Positions 48,807 to 61,708 of a DNA stretch of 64,000 nt are shown here, piece after piece (positions within the stretch are counted from its first letter, which is position 1; each line of letters starts with the position of its first letter). Source of the DNA: Squalus acanthias (lineage: Eukaryota); the NCBI GenBank assembly GCA_030390025.1, contig CM059432.1, positions 3,534,001 through 3,598,000 on the forward strand, written 5' to 3'. The position numbers were made by a program, and so were the translations under genes. Under the pieces are notes generated by a model, which did not search any database, had not been told where the DNA came from, and saw only the letters and a program-made list of their open reading frames with translations.

Positions 48807-49279
48807 TCCCGAACTCTGGTTAAGCCACATGCAAAAGAAAATGCACAGTTTTCTTGTAAAAAGTAATGTTTTTGGCGTACCGCTCATCTCTTCAAAATCA
48901 GTGAATGGTGATATTCTGTTCTCTTCACTGTCTGGGACAGAGAGAAAGCCAAGAATGTGTTCAGCGACATTGACAATTCTCAAAGGCCCAGTCACATTTC
49001 CAACTCGGTCACAGGATGATACGCTAAAATCATTCAGAGTGTTGGCAAGAAAATAAGCATATTGCCATGAACAAACTAATTGCTGCATAATTAATGTAGA
49101 CAATGAATATGTGCAGTGGAGTGATCACAGGATTATCTCCAACTGGTCTTATTCACATACCTTCCCAGAAGAAATCAAATCCAAATTACATTTATTGTCG
49201 AAACGACATAAGATGGTGTAAACCTTTAGGAAAGGGGGATTTATTTCACATTAGCAAACAGGATTCCAAGGGCAAAAGG

Positions 49280-49425
49280 CACAACGCTGTGGATGCTGGA
49301 AATCTGGAAATATAAACAGAAGGTGCTGGAGACGCTCAGCGGATCGGGCAGCGTTCGCGGAGAGAGAAACAGAGTCAACGTTTCAGGTCGCTGACCTCTC
49401 GTCAGAACTGGAAAATGTCAGAGTT
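49280..49425 (-). mobile_element. PLE 3'-terminal fragment with hammerhead motif (49373-49409)
   Basis: Colinear with 2490-2620. Minus strand reads AGUU-CUGACGA-G-AGGUC(AGC)GACCU-GAAA-CGUU-GACU. Confidence 0.8.
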
Positions 49426-49584
49426 GCAGCAGGATTCCCAGGGCCCCTATTTTTGAGAGACTCCCCCTGGTGGGGAAGGGGTGATAGCACCCCCCAGAAT
49501 CACGGGGCAGAACTTACCGCCCCGAGCCTGCTTACAAGATGCAAATTGGACCCCATCACTGGTTGTCGGGCCCCAATGTAATTA

Positions 49585-50950
49585 TCGTAGAATCGTAGAA
49601 GAATACAGCACAGAAGGAGGCCATTCGGCCCATCGAGTCTCTTTCGAAGAGCAATCCAGTTAGTCGCACTCCCTCCCGCTCTTTCCCCATAACCCTGCAG
49701 TTTCTTCTCCTTCAGGTACTTATCCAATTCCCTTTTGAAAGCCACTATTGAGTCTGTCTCCACCACCCTCTCAGGCAGCGCATTCCAGATCCTAACCACT
49801 CGCTGCGCAAAAAAGTTTTTCCTTGTGTCGCCTCTGGTTTTTTTGCCAATCACCTTAAAATCTGTGCCCTCTGGTTATCGACTCTTCCGCCATTGGAAAC
49901 AATCCTGACCAATATTTATCCCTCAGCCAACAATACGAGCACAGACAGTTTGGTCACTATCACAATTCTGTTTGTGGGATCTTGCTGTGCGCAAATTGGC
50001 TGCCGCGTTTCCTACATTACAGCAGTGACAACACTTCGAAAAGTACTTCATTGGCTGTGAAGCGATTTGGGGAGGTCCGGTGTTCGTGAAAGTCTTTCTT
50101 TCTTGCTTATAAATGGGACAGGCAGGGAGTTCAATTTTTTTAAAAAGAAAATGGAGATTAACAATAGCAGAGTTCGGCAAAAGTATTAATTTTTGAGTCT
50201 ACACGAATGGAGCCAAATGATGATATTGCCACTTCTGTTTCTCACCACGTCCCTTCTTACAGTGCGGACCACAAAAGATCGCTTGTATTTTACACCCACA
50301 AGAGGTTATCGAAATTTACATCTTGGAATGATCCATGCAGAACTGAGAGCAAAGGTACTTACCATTAATAAATAATGAGGGATTGTAGGCACTGTGTGTG
50401 ACTTCGGCTAGTAGCAAAGAACTAACTGAGCTGAAAGAAGGATAGAATGTTGCAAGATATGGAGCAACAACAGCTTGCCTTTATACAGCGCCTTTAACGT
50501 AGTAAAACGTCCCAAAGCGCTTCACAGGAGTGATTATCAAACAAAGTTTGACACCGAGCCACCTAAGGAGATATTTGGGCAGGTGACCAAAAGCAGGTAG
50601 GCCCATCGAGCCTGCTCCGCCATTCAATAAGATCATGGCTGATCTTCGACCTCAATTTTCCCGCCCGATCCCCATATCCCTCGATTCCACTAGAGTCCAA
50701 AAATCTATCGATCTCCGTCCTGAATATACTCAACGACTCAGCATCCACAGCTCTCTGGGGTTGAGAACTCCAAAGATTCACCACTCTCTGAGTGAAGAAA
50801 TTCCTCCTCATCTCAGACCTAAATGGCCGACCCCTTATCCTGAGACTGTGACCCCTGGTTCTAGACTCTCCAGCCAGGGGAAAACAATCTCTCAGCATCT
50901 GCCCTGTCAAGCCCTCTAAGCATTGTGTAGGTTTCAATGCGATCGCCTCT
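49585..50950. mobile_element. Cluster: CR1 tail (-, 49585-49900), Deu-SINE 3' part (+, 49905-50103), L2 tail (-, 50465-50595), CR1 3' end (-, 50595-50950)
   Basis: Each piece matches copies elsewhere in the window; 50105-50460 is unassigned. Confidence 0.8.
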
Positions 50951-51407
50951 CTTGGGAAGAAAGAGGCAGTAGACCTGCCTGCAGTAGTTTCACAGGCTGA
51001 GTTCAGTTGTCACAGTGAAGAGCACAGCGCCTGTGAGTAATTGCTGATGGTTACCGTTCCACGGCACTGCTAATGCTGATTTTTTCATTTTTAGTAGCAT
51101 ACTTAGGAAGCGATAAAGGTGCCTTTCAATGTATTAACATAGCTACAAGCTCGCAGACAGTGCCGTGCGTATCTCCACCACCCTGCGAGTCAGCCATGAC
51201 TGCGCATGAGGCTCTGTGGCTAAGAGGAGAGGACATGTTCCCAGCGCAGAGTAAGATGCACAAAGCGCCAGGTGTCTCTCCCCCACCCCCGGCTCCTCCA
51301 TCGATCTTTCGGGCAAGGCAGTTGGCAGGGAGCTAGTCTGCCAGGTGTTGATACGACGCCAACCAACAGCTGCACGAGTGCTACTTAGCAGCTGCATGGA
51401 AGACAAC

Positions 51408-51818
51408 GTCATAGAATGCTGCAGCACAGAAGGAGGCCATTCGGCCCATCGTGCCTGTGCCGGCTCTTTGAACGAGCTCTCCAATTAGTCCCACTCCCCC
51501 CCTGCTCTTTCCCCATAGCCCTCAAAATTTTTCCTTTTCAAGTATTTATCCAATTCCCTTTTGAAAGTTACTATTGAATCTGCTTCCACCGCCCTTTCAG
51601 GCAGCGCGTTCCAGATCACCACAACTCGCTGCGTAAAAACAATTCTCCTCATCTCTCCCTCTGGTTCTTTTGCCAATTATCTCAAATCTGTGTCCTCTGG
51701 TTACCGACCCTCCTGCCAGTGGAAACAGTTTCTCCTTATTTACTCTATCAAAACCCTTCGTAATTTAGAACACCTCTATTAAATCTCCCTTTAACCTTCT
51801 CTGCTCTAAGGGGAATAA
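51408..51818 (-). mobile_element. CR1 3' end
   Basis: FTQRVVVIWNALPE..FKRELDKYL and tail cagcacagaaggaggccattcggccc. Confidence 0.85.
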
Positions 51819-52356
51819 CACACAAGAAGCTCGACACCATCCAGGACAAAGCAGCCCGCTTGATTGTCACCCCATCCACCACCTTAAACATTCACTCCCT
51901 CCACCACCGGCGCACCGTGGCTGCAGTGCGTACCATCTACAAGATACACTGCAGCAACTCGCCAAGGCTTCTTCGACAGCACCTCCTAAACCCGCGACCT
52001 CTTCCACCTGGAAGGACAAGGGCAGCAGGCGCATGGGAACACCGCCACCTCCAAGTTCTCCTGCAAGTGGCAGGTGGCAGATGGAATTTAATACAGAGAA
52101 GTGTGAGGTGATGCATTTTGGCAGAAGGAACAGGGAGAGGCAATATACACTTAATGGCACAGTTTTAAAGAGTGTGCAGGGACAGAGGGACCTGGGAGTT
52201 AATGTGCATAGGTCCCTGAAGGTGGCAGGACATATTGAGAGAGTGGTTAGAAAAGCATATGGGATCTTGGGCTTCATAAATAGAGGTATTGAGTACAAAA
52301 GTAGAGAAGTTATGCTGAACTTTTATAAAGCGCTGGTTAGGCCACAACTGGAGTAT

Positions 52357-54275
52357 CATAGAATCATAGAAAGTTACAGCACGGAAGGAGGCCATTTCGG
52401 CCCATGGTGTCTGTGCTGGCCAACAAAGAGCTATCCAACCTAATCCCACTTCCCAGCTCTTGGTCCGTAGCCCTGCAGGTTAGAGCATCCTAAGTGCACA
52501 TCAAAGTACTTTTTAAATGTGGTTAGGGTTCCTGCCTCTACCACCCTTTCAGGCAGTGAGTTCCAGACCCCCAACCCTCTGGGTGAAGAAATTTCCCCTC
52601 AAATCCCCTCTAAACCTTCCATCAATTACTTTAAATCTGTGCCCCCCTGGTTTTTGACCCCTCTGCTAAGGGAAATAGGTCCTTTCTATCCATTTTATCT
52701 ATGGCCCTCATAATTTTATACACCTCAATAAGGTCTCCCCTCAGCCTCCTCTGTTCCAAGGAAATCAGACCAAGCCTATCCAGTCTTTCCTTATAGCTAA
52801 GATTCTCTACTCCCAGTAACATCCTTGAAAATTTCCTCTGTACCCTCTCTAGTGCAATCACATCTTTCCTGTAATGTGGCGACCAGAACTGCACGCAGTA
52901 CTCTAGCTGAGGCCTAACTAGTGTTTTATACAGTTGAAGCATAACCCCCCTGCTCTTGTATTCTATGCCACGGCTAATAAAGGTAAGCATTCTGTATGCC
53001 TTCTTAACCACCTTATCTACCTGGCCTGCTACCTTCAGGGATCTGTGGACATGCACTCCAAGGTCCCTTTGTTCCTCTACACTACTCAGTGTCCTACCAT
53101 TTAATGTGTATTCCCTTTCCTTGTTAGCCCTCCCCAAATGCATTACCTCACACTTCTCCGGATTGAATTCCATTTGCCACTGTTCTGCCCACCTGACCAA
53201 TTTATTGATATCTTCCTGCAGTCTACAGCTTCCTTCTTCAGTATCAACCACACAGCCGATTTTAGTATCATCTGCAAACTTCTTAATCATACCCCCTATA
53301 TTCAAGTCAAGATCGTTGATATACCACAAAAAGCAAGGGACCTTGTACTGAGCCCTGCGGAACCCCACTGGAAACAGCCTTCTAGTCACAAAAACACCCA
53401 TCAACCATTACCCTCTGCTTCCTGTCTCCGAGCCAGTTTTGAATCCAACTTGACACTTTGCCCTGGATCCCATGGGCTTTTAACTTCGTGACCAGTCTGC
53501 CATGTGGAACCTTATCAAAAGCCTTGCTAAAGTCCATATACACTACATGAAACGCACTACCCTCATCTACCCTCCTTGTTACCTCCTCAAAAAATTCAAT
53601 CAAGTTTGTCAGACACGACCTTCCCTTAACAAATCCGTGCTGACTATCCTTGATTAATCCGTGTCTTTCTAAATGAAGATTTATCCTGTCCTTCAGAATT
53701 CTTTCCAATAATTTTCCCACCACCGAGGTTAGGCTGACTGGCCTGTAATTACTCGGTCTATCCTTTTCTCTCTTTTTAAACAAGGGTACCACATTAGCAG
53801 TCCTCCAGTCCTCCGGCACCACACCTGAAGCCAGAGAGGATTGAAAAATGATGGTCAGGGCCTCTGCTATTTCCTCTTTTGCTTCGCTTAACAGCCTGGG
53901 ATACATTTCATCCGGGCCTGGGGAATTATCCACTTTTAAAGCTGCTAAACCCCTTAATACTTCCTCTCTCACTATGTTTATTTCATCTAATATTTCACAC
54001 TCCTCCCCCCCGATAGCAATGTCTGCTTCGCCCCTCTCCTTTGTGAAAACAGACGCAAAGTATTCATTAAGAACCCTACCGACGTCTCCCGCCTCCACAC
54101 ACAGATTAACCTCATGATCTTTAATAGGCCCTATCCTTTCTTTAGTTATCCTCTTACTCTTAATATATTTCTAAAACATCTTTGGGTTTTCCCTGATTTT
54201 ACTTGCCAAGAATTTTTCATGTTCTCTCTTTGCTTTCCTAATATCCTTTTTAATTGCACCCCTGCACTATCTGTA
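52357..54275 (-). mobile_element. CR1 LINE RT plus 3' tail (frameshifted)
   Basis: ORF 53382..54098 (SPGPD, NYRPVSLTS, QHGF, DFSKAFDKV) and ORF 52631..53404 (KFADDTK, WQMEFNPEKC, LVRPQLEY). Confidence 0.93.
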
Positions 54276-56317
54276 TTTTTTTAAATTCGTTTATGGGATC
54301 AGGGCGTCGCTGGCAAGGCCAGCATTTATTGCCCATCCCTAGTTGCCCTTAAGAAGGTGGTGGTGAGCTGCCTTCTTGAACCACTGCAGTCCGTGTGGTG
54401 AAGGTGCTCCCACAGCGCTGTTAGGGAGGGAGTTCCAGGATTTTGACCCAGCGACGATGAAGGATCGGCGATATACTTCTAAATCAGGATGGGTGTGACT
54501 TGGAGGGGAACTTAGAGGTGGTGGTGTTCCCATGCGCCTGCTGCCCTTTGTCCTTCTAGGTGGAAGAGGTCGCGGGTTTGGGAGGTGCTGCCAAAGAAGC
54601 CTTGGCGAGTTGCTGCAGTGCATCTTGTAGATGGTACACTCTGCAGCCACGGTACACCGGTGATGGAGGGAGTGAATGTTTAAGGTGGTGGATGGGATGC
54701 CAATCAAGCGGGCTGCTTTGTCCTGGATGGTGTCGAGCTTCTTGAGTGTTGTTGGAGCTGCACTCATCCAGGCAAGTGGAGAGTATTCCATCACACTCCT
54801 TACTTGTGCCTTGTAGATGGTGGAAAGGCTTTGGGGAGTCAGGAGGTGAGACACTTGCCGCAGAATACCCAGCCTCTGACCTGCTCTTGTTACCACAGTA
54901 TTTATGTGGCTGGTCCAGTTAAGTTTCTGGTTAATGGTGACCCCCAGGGGATTCGGCGATGGTTATGCCGTTGAATGTCAAGGGGCGGTGGTTAGACTCT
55001 CGCTTGTTGGAGATAGTCATTGTCTGGCACTTCTGTGGCACGAATGTTATTTGCCACTTATCAGCCCAAGCCTGAATGTCGTCCAGGTCTTGTTGCATGC
55101 GGGCATGGACTGCTTCATTATCTCTGGAGTTGTGAATGGCGCTGAACACTGTGCAGTCATCAGCGAACATCCCCATTTCTGACCTTATGTTGGAGGGAAG
55201 GTCATTGATGAAGCAGCTGAAGATGGTTGGGCCTAGGACACTGCCCTGAGGAACTCCTGCAGCGATGCCCTGGGGCTGTGATGATTGACCTTCAACCACC
55301 ACAACCATCTTCCTTTGTGCTAGGTATGACTCCAGCCAGTGGAGCGTTTTCCCCCTGATTCCCATTGACTTCAGTTTTACTAGGGCTCCTTGATGCCAGA
55401 CTCAGTCAAATGCTGCTTTGATGTCAAGGGCAGTCACTCTCACCTCACCTCTAGAATTCAGCTCCTTTGTCCATGTTTGGACCAAGGCTGTAATGAGGTC
55501 GGTAGCCGAGTGGTCTTGGCGGAACCCAAACTGAGCATCAGTGAGCACGTTATTGGTGTGTAAGTGTCGCTTGATAGCACTGTCGACGACACCTTCCATC
55601 ATTTTGCTGATGATTGAGAGTAGGCTGATGGGGCGGTAATTGGCCGGGTTGGATTTGTCCTGCTTTTTGTGGACAGGACATACCTGGGCAGTTTTCCACA
55701 TTGTCGGATAGATGCCAGTGTTGTAGCTGTACTAGAACAGCTTGGCTAGAGGCGCAGCTAGTTCTGGAGCACAAGTCTTCAGCACGATAGCCGGGATGTT
55801 GTCGGGGCCCATAGCCTTTGCTGTATCCAGTGCGCTCAGCCGTTTCTTGATATCACGTGGAGTGAATCGAATTGGCTGAAGACTGGCTTCTGTGATGGTG
55901 GAGACCTTGGGAGTAGGCCGATATGAATCAACCACTCGGCAATTCTGGCTGAAGTTGGTTGCAAATGTTTCAGCCTTGTCTATTGCACTTACATGCTGGG
56001 CTCCACCATCATTGAGGCTGGGGATATTCATGGAGCCTCCTCCTCCCGTTAGTTGTTTAATGGTCCACCACCATTCACGACTGGATGTGGCAGGACTGCA
56101 GAGCTTTGATCTGATCCGTTGATTGTGGGATCGCTTAGCTCTGTCTATAGCATGCTGCTTCCGCTTTTTAGCATTCATGTAGTCCTGTGTTGCAGCTTCC
56201 CCAGTTTGGCACCTCATTTTTAGGTATGCCCAGTGCTGCTCCTGGCATGCTCTTCTACACTCCTTATTGAACCAGGGTTGGTCCCCTGGCTTGGTGGTAA
56301 TGGTAGAGTGAGGGATA
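54276..56317 (-). mobile_element. Zenon-like LINE, second long copy (RT, frameshifted)
   Basis: ORFs 55732..56340, 55402..55701, 54931..55365 (FADDCT) and 54339..54896; colinear with 30650-32610. Confidence 0.87.
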
Positions 56318-56842
56318 TTGCGTCTAGTTCTGGTCACCACACTTTAGGAAGGATATGAAGGCCCTTGAAAGGGTGCAGAGGAGATTTACCAGAATGGTTC
56401 TGGGGATGGGGGATCTTAACTACAAGGACAGGTTGGAGAAGCTGGATTTGTTTTCATTAGAGCAAAGGAGGTTGAGGGGTGATTTGATAGAGGTGTACAA
56501 GATTATGACGGGTTTGGATAGGCTAGACGGGGAAAGGCTGTTCCCACTAGTTGATGGTACAAGCACTAGGGCGACACAGATTTAAGGTTTTGGCCAAGAG
56601 ATACAGGGGGGGATGTGAGGAAAAACTTTTTTACGCAGCGAGTGGTGAGGACCTGGAACTCGCTGCCGACGGAAGTGGTGGAAGCGGACACACTCACTGT
56701 TTTCAAGGGGAGACTGGATAGGCACTTGAGGGAAATAAACTTGCAGGGCTACGGGGATAGAGCGGGGGACTGGGACTGACTGGATTGTTCTACAGAGAGC
56801 CGGCATGGCCTCCTTCTGTGCCGTTATGACTCTCGACTCTAT

Positions 56843-57551
56843 GGGGGAAAACTTCGGTTGCTTGCGCCTCCCGTTAGAGCCCTAAGAGGGCGCTAACGGG
56901 GCTCAAAGCAACTTGCGCCCGGCTGCCGCCAACGCCTCCCGCGAAATTCAGCGGGAGGTTAGCGGCGGCGGTAACCGTTAGCGCCCCGCAGTGCTGCGCT
57001 GCCGGCGATGACGTCATCGCCTTGCGCAGCGCCCCGGCTGCGATCTTTGGTAGCGCCCCCTGACTTACCGCCAGACGCTATGTCAGACGGGGTCAGGGGT
57101 CAGGGTGGCCTACCTGTGGCCGGGGTGGCGCTGATTAAAGGCGAGGTGCCGGGCGGCCATTTTTGTTGCTGGCCGCCTGCCAGCACCTGCCCCCGTTGCC
57201 ATCCCCGGCCTCATCTTCAGCCCACCTGCGGAGTGCCGGCTGCGCTCCATGAGCCCGGCACTTCTCTTGTGTGCCGGGCTCTTTTGCCGGCACTCCGATC
57301 CCTGGTGGCCCAGCTGGGCCCCGGGTCGCGCTGCGCAAGGGGAGGAAGGCCTGCAGTACCGCGGCGCGATGTGCCGCAGCGCCGTAGCGCCGCGATATTC
57401 CCTCGCAGCGCCCCAAGAGGGAGGTGGGGCGCTTCCAGTAGCACCACGCTTCCCTCTTGGGATGCTACCGATGAATTTAGGCTGCCAGGGCACTAAAAGT
57501 AGCACCCCGGCGAAGTTAGTGCCCCATAGGGGGCGCGACTCAATTGTTCCC
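56843..57551. mobile_element. GC/CpG-rich Harbinger-type MITE related to 29753-30647
   Basis: Shared left end ttgcgcctccc.ttag.gcc.taagagggcgctaa.gggg and similar right end gcccca....g.gcgcgac..aatt; the interior differs. Confidence 0.72.
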
Positions 57552-58174
57552 TCGATGACTCCAAGTCACACACCATCCTGACTTGGAAATATTTCGCTGT
57601 TCCATCATCATCACTGTTTCAAAATCCTGGAACTCCCTCCCTAACAGCACTGTGGGAGTACCTTCACCACACGGACTGCAGCGGTCCAAGAAGGCGGCTC
57701 ACCACCACCTTCTCAAGGGGCAATTAGGGATGGGCAATAAATGCCGGCCTTGCCAGCGACGCCCACATCCCAGGAGCGAATAAAAAAAAAAGAAATTCTG
57801 TGATTCTATGCTATGTGTGGAGGTCCTTGCAACACTAAGTACTCACTGCAGAATTTCATTTAAGTTTCATAAAAGTTGGTGATGCCCAGTAACCAAAACG
57901 TCAGTTCAACATTAATGACCTGAATAGAAGATTTCTCATAGACGATGTAAGTATTCAGCGGGTGAGCTACCGTATGGATCACTCGGTCAACTTACTGCTT
58001 AAATATTCATGGTTTTTCAACCAGCCCATCAGGGATTTCCAATACATACTTCACTTTAAAAATCATCAGCACTGGTGGTGTAATAGTTTGTGATTTATTG
58101 GAACCAAAGACAGCGTTGAAAATCCGCCAGTGTTGTTTGTGCATTGAGAGCACAGAACTGTGGGGCAGGTGAAG

Positions 58175-59395
58175 CATAGAAACATAGAAACATGGAAGAT
58201 AGGAGCAGGAGTAGGCCATTCGGCCCCTCGAGCCTGTTCCGCCATTTAATGAGATCATGGCTGATCATCCAAATTCAGTACCCTGTCCCTGCTTTCTCCC
58301 CATATCCCTTGATCCCTTTAGCCTTAAGAAATATATCCAACTCCTTCTTGAATATATTTAATGAATTGGCCTCTACTGCTTTCTGTGGTAGAGAATTCCA
58401 CAGGCTCACCACTCTCTGGGTGAAGAAATTCCTCCTCATTTCTGTCCTAAATGGCTTACCCCTTATCCTTAGACTGTGACCTCTGGTTCTGGACTCCCCG
58501 GCCATCGGGAACATCCTTCCTGCATCTAGTAAACATAGAAACATAGAAACATAGAATCTAGGAGCAGGAGTAGGCCATTCGGCCCGTCGAGCCTGCTCCG
58601 CCATTCAATACGATCATGGCTGATCATCCAAATCCAGTACCCTGTCCCTGCTTTAATCCCCACAGTACACATATCCCACCCTACCCCCGTAACCCCACGT
58701 ATTTAATTCCCCCTAACATATCCCATCCTATCCCCATAACCCCACATATTTAATCCCCCCTAACACTAAGGGTCAATTTATCATAGCCAAATCAACCTAA
58801 CCCACACATTTTTGGACTGTGGGAGGAAACCGGAGCACCCGGAGGAAACCCACGCAGACACGGGGAGAATGTGCAAACTCCACACAGACAGTCACCCGAG
58901 GTCAGATTCGAACCCGGGTCTCTGGCGCTGTGAGGCACCAGTGCTAACCACTATGCCACCGTGTTGCATAGTCTGTCCAGTCCTGTCAGAATTTTATAAG
59001 TTTCAATGAGATCCCTCTCATTCTTCTAAACTCCAGCGAGTATAAGCCCAATCGACCCAATCTCTCCTCATACGTCATTCCTGCCATCCCAGGTATCAGC
59101 CTGGTGAATCTTCGCTGAACTCCTTCCATGGCAAGAACCTCCTTCCTCAGATAAGGCGACCAAAACTGCACACAATACTCAAGGTGTGGTCTCACCAAGG
59201 CCCTGTACAACTGCAGCAAGACATCCTTGTTCCTGTACTCAAACCCTCTCGCTACGAAGGCCAACATACCATTTGCCTTCTTAACCGCCTGCTGCACCTG
59301 CATACTTACCTTCAGTGACTGGTGCACAAGGACACCCAGGTCTCGTTGCACTTCCCCTTTTCCCATTCTATTGCCATTCAGATAATAATCTGCCT
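58175..59395 (-). mobile_element. CR1 3' end interrupted by a V-SINE
   Basis: ORF 58986..59420 (LVRPHLEYCVQFWSP) and ORF 58275..58604 (RRNFFTQRV); tail (catagaaa)n. Confidence 0.9.
58531..58967 (-). mobile_element. HE1-like V-SINE (tRNA head, V domain, CR1 tail)
   Basis: A box tggcatagtggtta and B box ggttcgaatc; V-domain tgtgtggagtttgcacattctccccgtgtctgcgtgggtttcctccgggtgctccggtttcctcccacagtccaaa (recalled); CR1-type tail. Confidence 0.85.
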
Positions 59396-59459
59396 TCCTG
59401 TAATTGGCACAGTCGCACATTCAAATACTGCATTACAAGAACTACATCGGATTACACAG

Positions 59460-59945
59460 GATATACAGCACAAGAAGGGGCCATTCGGCCCAACCTGTCC
59501 ATGCCGGCGTTTATGCTCCACTCGAGCCTCCTCCATCCTTCCTCATAAGAACATAAGAGCATAAGACGTAGGAGCAGGAGTAGGTCATTCGGCCCCTCGA
59601 GCCTGCTCCACCATTCAATAAGATCATGGCTGATCTGATCTTGGCCTCAACTCCACTTCCCTGCCCGTTCCCCATAACCCGCGACTCCCTTACCATTCAA
59701 AAATCTGTCTATCTCCGCCTTAAATATATTCACTGACTCAGCCTCCACAGCTCTCTGGGGAAGAGAATTCCAAAGATTCACGACCCTCTGAGAGAAGAAA
59801 TTCCTCCTCATCTCACTCTATCAGCATAACCCTCTATCCCTTTCTCCCTCATGTGTTTATCTAGCTTCCCCATAAATGCATCTATACTATTGGCCTCAAC
59901 CACTCCCTGTGGCAGCGAGTTCCACATTCTCACCACTCTCCGGGT
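59460..59945 (-). mobile_element. CR1 tail with a second CR1 tail (59545-59813) nested inside
   Basis: The outer pieces are colinear with 41332-41550; the inner piece matches 46320-46570. Confidence 0.8.
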
Positions 59946-60279
59946 AAAAGAAAAAGGCGCTATAGAAAGACAAATTGCCGTTGTTTTGGTTCGTTTCTCC
60001 TCTCTGAGATCAAACCAATGAAAATAAAATACATGCAACAGGAACTAGTGCTGCCTTACATTCTAAAATGTGGTATTTAAAAATGATATATAGACGGGAG
60101 CTGGAAAAATAAACCAACACGCAAGCTGCAGGCTGAGATTGCAAATTATTATTCCTTGTTACTGAAGGATATGAATACACTCCAAGTGGCAAAATGTATT
60201 TTTTTTGCAGAGCTCCTGGCTTTTGTGCCTCAGATATCCAGATATGTTGCCTGAGCAGCTCAAGTGATTTATTTGTTGT

Positions 60280-60712
60280 GTTGTTTTTTTTCTTAATTCA
60301 TTCCTGGGATGTGGGCGTCACTGGCAAGGCCAGCATTTATTGCCCATCCCTAGTTGCCCTTGAGAAGGTGGTGGTGAGACGCCTTCTTGAACCGCTGCAG
60401 TCTGTGTGGTGAAGGTGCTCCCACAGTGCTGTTAGGGAGGGAGTTCCAGGATTTTGACCCAGCGACGATGAAGGAACGGCCGATATATTTCCAAGTCAGG
60501 ATGGTGTGTGACTTGGAGGGGAACTTGGAGGTGCTGGTGTTCCCATGCGCCTGCTGCCCTTGTCCTTCTAGGTGCAAGAGGCCGTGGGTTTGGGAGGTGC
60601 TGCCGAAGAAGCCTTGGCGAGTTGCTGCAGTGCATCTTGTAGATAGTACACACTGCAGCCAGGGTGCGCCGGTGGTGGAGGGAGTGAATGTTTAAGATGG
60701 TGGATGTTGTAC
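60280..60712 (-). mobile_element. Zenon-like LINE 3' end
   Basis: Colinear with 54276-54690. Confidence 0.85.
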
Positions 60713-61084
60713 CATGATTCAACCAAGCTGTAAAATTTGTTTTTGTACTTGATTTGTTTTATTATCTGTGTGAATATTATCTATATTTTGGCTGTGCGGA
60801 GGGCGGGCGGGGTGGGGGGAGCGATGGGGGAGGCGATGTATTCTCTAACGAAACGTTCTGGATGGCTTGCTCTGAGTTTGCCCGGTGAACGGACTTCAGA
60901 TCGTAAATTGTCTCTGTGATAGGACGCTGATATCTTAAGTTTGGCTCATCATTTTGCTTAAAGGGGTGAGACAGAATCCAAAAAAAGACCATCATATCCT
61001 TTAGGGCCCAACAGATGCACATGTTCCCTCAACACTGACCACCAAGATATTGGTCTCCAGAGTGGATGCAATTGTCTCTGATCT

Positions 61085-61531
61085 AGAAAGAAAGAAAGAC
61101 TTGCATTTATACAGCGCCTTTCACAACCTCAGGACATCCAAAAGCGCTTTTCAGCCAATGAAGCACTTTTGAAGTGTAGTCACTGTTGTAATGTAGGATA
61201 CGCGGCAGCCAATTTGCGCACAGCAAGCTCCCACAAACAGCAACGTGACAATGCCCAGATAATCTGTTTTAGTGATGTTGTTTGAGGGATAAATATTGGG
61301 CTGGACACCATGGATAATAGGGATAACTCCCCCTCATCTTCTTCAAAATAGTGCCAGGGTCTCGGTTTAACATCTCATCCAAAAGATGGCACCTCCGACA
61401 GTGCAGCGCTCCCTCAGCACTGCACTGGAGTGCCAGCCTAGATTTTTGCGTTCAACTCTCTGTAGTGAGACTATGAACCCACAACCCTCTGACTCTGAAA
61501 TGAGAGTGCTTCCAACTGAGCCACAGGCTGA
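61085..61531 (-). mobile_element. Deu-type SINE
   Basis: Reverse complement of 35356-35825 with an internal deletion. Confidence 0.85.
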
Positions 61532-61708
61532 TCCTCTCTAGGCCAGAGACAGCAGGTTATACATGGCGCCATCTTTAGGGGACAACACCAAGCAGGCTAT
61601 TCAGTGTGACTGACACACCACTGCAACGGCACCAACACCTTCGCCCTGGTGTTGCTCCTTCATGTAAAAATGGTATGCTCCTAATGGAGCGAGTATTGGT
61701 CTCATTAT

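Larger units (their letters stand above)
52067..56842 (+). mobile_element. CR1 3' end (52067-52356 plus 56318-56842), itself interrupted
   Basis: WQMEFNTEKC..LVRPQLEY | CV.FWSPH.RKDMKALERVQRRFTRM; tail ends in gactctat. Confidence 0.85.
51819..57792 (+). mobile_element. Zenon-like LINE 3' end (51819-52066 plus 57560-57792) hosting a 5.5-kb nest
   Basis: The two halves are contiguous in the intact copies at 54300-54750 and 60300-60710; caag is present at both junctions. Confidence 0.82.

Noticed and set aside
50263..50354. Plus-strand exon candidate (cttcttacag...AAG|gtact); other isolated candidates at ~49161-49223, ~41592-41655 and ~60060-60100 on minus
   Set aside because: No phase-compatible partners and no recognisable peptide; indistinguishable from chance splice-like sites.
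56843..57551. CpG-island promoter or GC-rich ORFs
   Set aside because: The CpG-rich stretch coincides with a MITE whose ends match 29753-30647, and the ORFs have no recognisable motifs.
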